Shown: positions 61,226-64,000 of the stretch, piece by piece
Position numbering within the stretch: position 1 is the stretch's first letter
Layout of the letters: each line of letters opens with the position of its first letter
Assembly: GCA_963804165.1 (NCBI GenBank)
Contig: CAWDPO010000024.1
Location: forward strand, 96,001 to 160,000
Direction of reading: 5' to 3'
Length of the DNA stretch: 64,000 bases
DNA from: an uncultured delta proteobacterium
Lineage (GTDB): Bacteria > Desulfobacterota > Binatia > UBA9968
Notes under the pieces: model-generated
What the model saw: the letters and a program-made list of their open reading frames with translations, nothing else
The model's database searches: none
What the model was told of the DNA's origin: nothing
Program-made: the position numbers and the translations under genes

Positions 61226-62169
61226 TCACGCCCCCAATCTCGCAATGATGTGCGGCAGGGCGATGCGGTACATGATCCAGCCGGCGAAGAGGAGAACAAT
61301 GGCAACGGTAGTTATGATGGCAAACGCTGCAATCTGAGTGGCGTCGCCCGTCGTCATCCAGTCGCGCGTCACCATGATCAATGGGCTCAGAGGATTCCAA
61401 CTGGCAACCATGGCGGCCAAACCTGTCCGAGGAGGTGGATAGACGACCGGCGTGAGAAGCATCAGAAACGTCGTGGCGATCGGTATGATCTGCTGCACGT
61501 CGTTGTAAAGCAGGCCGAGGGGAGTTAGGGCCAGCCCGAGGGTAAATCCGACAAGGATCAAGGCGAAAACCCCGACGGGGAACAGGAAGGCCGTTACCGG
61601 CGGCACAATCTTAAACCAAGTAAAAACTAAAGTGAGCAAAACCAATCGTATCAAACAATTTAAGACCACGTGTCCCAAACCAGACACAAGGATCGCCTCC
61701 CTCGGGAGGTTGATCTTGACAAGCATAGACTTTGCCGCGGTTACAGTCTTCAGCGGGCTGTTCAAGGCATCCGCAAAGATCTGCCAGATAATCGTGCCGA
61801 TCATCGCGTAAGCCGGATAAGGAATCGGCGTCCCTTCGATGGTCACACGCCTTGGGCGTTTAAGAATATAAATGGCAGGCTCGCCACCAGAGGCGGAAGA
61901 AAAGCCCAGACGTAGCCGAGCATACTCTGGCGGTATTGGGCACTCGTGTCGCGCACGAACAACCTCCAGGCAAGTTCACGCGACGCTCGCAAATCGCGGA
62001 ACATCTCGCGTAAAAAGCGGCGAGGATTTCGCAGGGGCGATTCCGGCGTATAGACGTTGACGGCAAGCGGGGCTGCTGCCTCGCTCGGGCGAATCTCAAA
62101 ACGGGGAATCTTGAGTGACTCGTTTCGCGATTCACCGTGAGTTGTCAGGTTGTCTGAAAGAGTCTCCAT
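61226..62169 (-). CDS. wzm: Wzm-type ABC-2 permease (copy 1), frameshift near 61845
   Basis: RELAWRLFVRD..QYRQSMLGYVW, PYPAY, LTPVVYP, NPL. Confidence 0.9.
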
Positions 62170-62351
62170 ATTTACTCAAAGGGAACAAGCATTAAACTTA
62201 CAAAAAAATCTATCGATTGCGGGTTTGTAATCCCACGACGCTTGATATTGCCTGAACCAATCCTGCGGACAAACTTCCGTCCTCAACGCACAAACCGTTG
62301 CCAATAAAAATGACCTGCAACATCGCTCTCAGAGTCGCCACCGCTGGAAAG

Positions 62352-63477
62352 CTATAGCGCGCTAGCTCGCAGTAAGGCTTCCGTCGCCTCAATCATCACG
62401 GACTGTTGAAACCGTTGCGTTGTTTCCTGAGCACCGGCGGCCAGCCTTTGTCTTTCCTCTGAAGAAGTCAGGAGCTTCATCAGAGTTTTCGAAAGGTCGC
62501 CATTGGCATTGGGAGAAATCAGCAAGCCGTTCTCCCCATCGCGCACTAACTCCGGCGTACCGCCAACGTCCGTCGCGACGACGGGCAAGCCAGCGCGCAT
62601 GGCCTCCAACACCACATGGGGAAATCCCTCATAGGTCGAATTCAGCACAAAGAGATCGCACGCCGCCATCAACGCAAAGGTTTCCTCTTTGCTTCTTTGC
62701 CCCGCGAAGTAAACCCGATCCGCCAGCCGGCGATCGCGCGCAACTTCTTCGAGCCGCTGGCGCTCCGGGCCATCTCCCACGATGACTAAACCCGCCTCCT
62801 CGCACTCAGCTAAGCGCCTCAATCAGATGATCGATCTGTTTCCATGGGACCAGGCGCCCCACCGTCACTAGGTTGATCCGAGTCGATAACGGTAGCGCCG
62901 AACGAGACGATAAAAGGGATTCGACGGCGTTATAAATCACGATGGTTTTGGTTCCGGAGACACCCCAACCGGCTACGATGCGTGCCAAGTATTGGCTCGG
63001 GACAATCACGGCATCTGCGCGCCGGGAGCAAAAACTTCGGAGAGTCTTAAGCAGCGCGACCTTCGGGCCGTGCCTGCCCTTTTGAAACTCTTCGAAGCTG
63101 TCCTTCACCCAACCCTTGCTTGTCGCGCGCTCCCACGCCCAATCGCCGACGATTTTTTGCACCAGGGGTTTGCGTAAAATGAAATTCGCAATCACGGCTT
63201 CGATATAAAGCCCGTTGGCGTACAGCACTTCGCTCTGTCGACCTTCCCGCAGTAGGGTTGCCACCGTGAGCACGAACCGCCAGGGCTTGAAGATAGCGCG
63301 CCGGATACGCAGCAGGCGGAACGAATACGATCGATCATCATGTTCGAGACTGTCACTAAGAGTGATTACCGTAACCTCGTGTCCACGCATCGCCAGGTCG
63401 TTGCTGAGGGCGGGCACATAAGTGGCCGGACCGCCGATATCTGGAGGGAAAATCCCGGTGATCACAAGAATTTTCAT
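62352..63477 (-). CDS. GT4 glycosyltransferase, frameshift near 62815
   Basis: ITGIFPPDIGGPATY, VGRLVPWK, NSTYEGFPHVVLEAM. Confidence 0.9.
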
Positions 63478-63511
63478 TGAGTGTCCCGTGACAGCAGTGC
63501 CATAAGCAACG

Positions 63512-64000
63512 TTACCGCTTCGTGACCTCGTGCGCGGCACTCAGCGCTTGGATATAAGACGGTGCGATCCCGGAAGGAGGAAAAAATCGCGCACGTTGAC
63601 TATAAATCCAGACATAACCGTCGGTTCTCGCTAAGGCCGCGCTGACGACCTGGCGAAAATTTTCCGGCGTGAAGTATTTCGGATTGTTTTGATTGTCGAT
63701 CCACAAACCAAAGCCTGCTTTTGCCTTGGCTCGGTAATGATCCGGCACCTCGCTAATTTTCACAGCCTGCTGAATTTCCTTATACGCCACGCCAAACTGC
63801 CTCGGCTCCTTGAACCCGTAGGAGATTTCAAAACCGTCAATTAGCGTTGCCCCGGAGGGGAGCGTTTCCAGCAAGCCGTCGTAAAATGCTGGCAAGAAGT
63901 TATATTGAGTCTTCTGCAGCGTATGACGCAGCGGATAAGTGTACGAGTAGAGAGAGAGAATCGCGACCTTGGGCAGAGAGCCTGTAATTGCTTTGGCGAC
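63512..64000 (-). CDS. Hypothetical protein, 5'-truncated by the window edge
   Basis: Frame stays open to the window end; YNFLPAFYDG, IDGFEISYG, AGFGLWID, DGYVWIYS. Confidence 0.65.
   Translation of the reverse strand, partial: VAKAITGSLPKVAILSLYSYTYPLRHTLQKTQYNFLPAFYDGLLETLPSGATLIDGFEISYGFKEPRQFGVAYKEIQQAVKISEVPDHYRAKAKAGFGLWIDNQNNPKYFTPENFRQVVSAALARTDGYVWIYSQRARFFPPSGIAPSYIQALSAAHEVTKR

Overview
This 64-kb window comes from a moderately GC-rich diderm bacterium. Gene style suggests a Deltaproteobacteria/Candidatus Binatia-like metagenomic contig, but that is inference only. Almost all genes lie on the minus strand. The left part (1-29 kb) holds a quinone oxidoreductase, a small envelope operon, a CdaA-YbbR diadenylate cyclase fusion, a glgB-treZ-glgX-treY-glgE-treS/maltokinase operon, a receiver plus sensor kinase pair, a nucleotidyltransferase plus metallophosphoesterase pair, two DUF4168-like paralogues, a glycine-zipper lipoprotein, a lytic transglycosylase, an archaeal type-II-GAPDH-like gene and mlaC with a near-consensus sigma54 promoter. 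A gene-poor spacer follows (29.3-31.9 kb). The right part (32-64 kb) is a large surface-polysaccharide locus with two Wzm/Wzt ABC exporters, a Wzy/ligase-like protein, many GT2/GT4/GT9/GT61 enzymes, methyltransferases and a 2OG-Fe(II) oxygenase-like gene. The best candidate for an undescribed system is a tightly coupled six-gene cassette at 47.5-52.5 kb: GT2, cyclase-family hydrolase, NeuA/KdsB-type cytidylyltransferase, D-2-hydroxyacid dehydrogenase, SDR and a second GT2. No NeuB/KdsA synthase is visible in the window, and both GT2s replace the DxD motif with S-A-H. Together these suggest an oxidative route to a CMP-activated 2-ketoaldonate (ulosonate) and a CMP-dependent GT2 subfamily. Many genes are split by single-base frameshifts, most likely long-read indel errors. 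No rRNA, tRNA, CRISPR array, transposase or integrase was recognised. Family assignments are from recognised motifs, not database searches.
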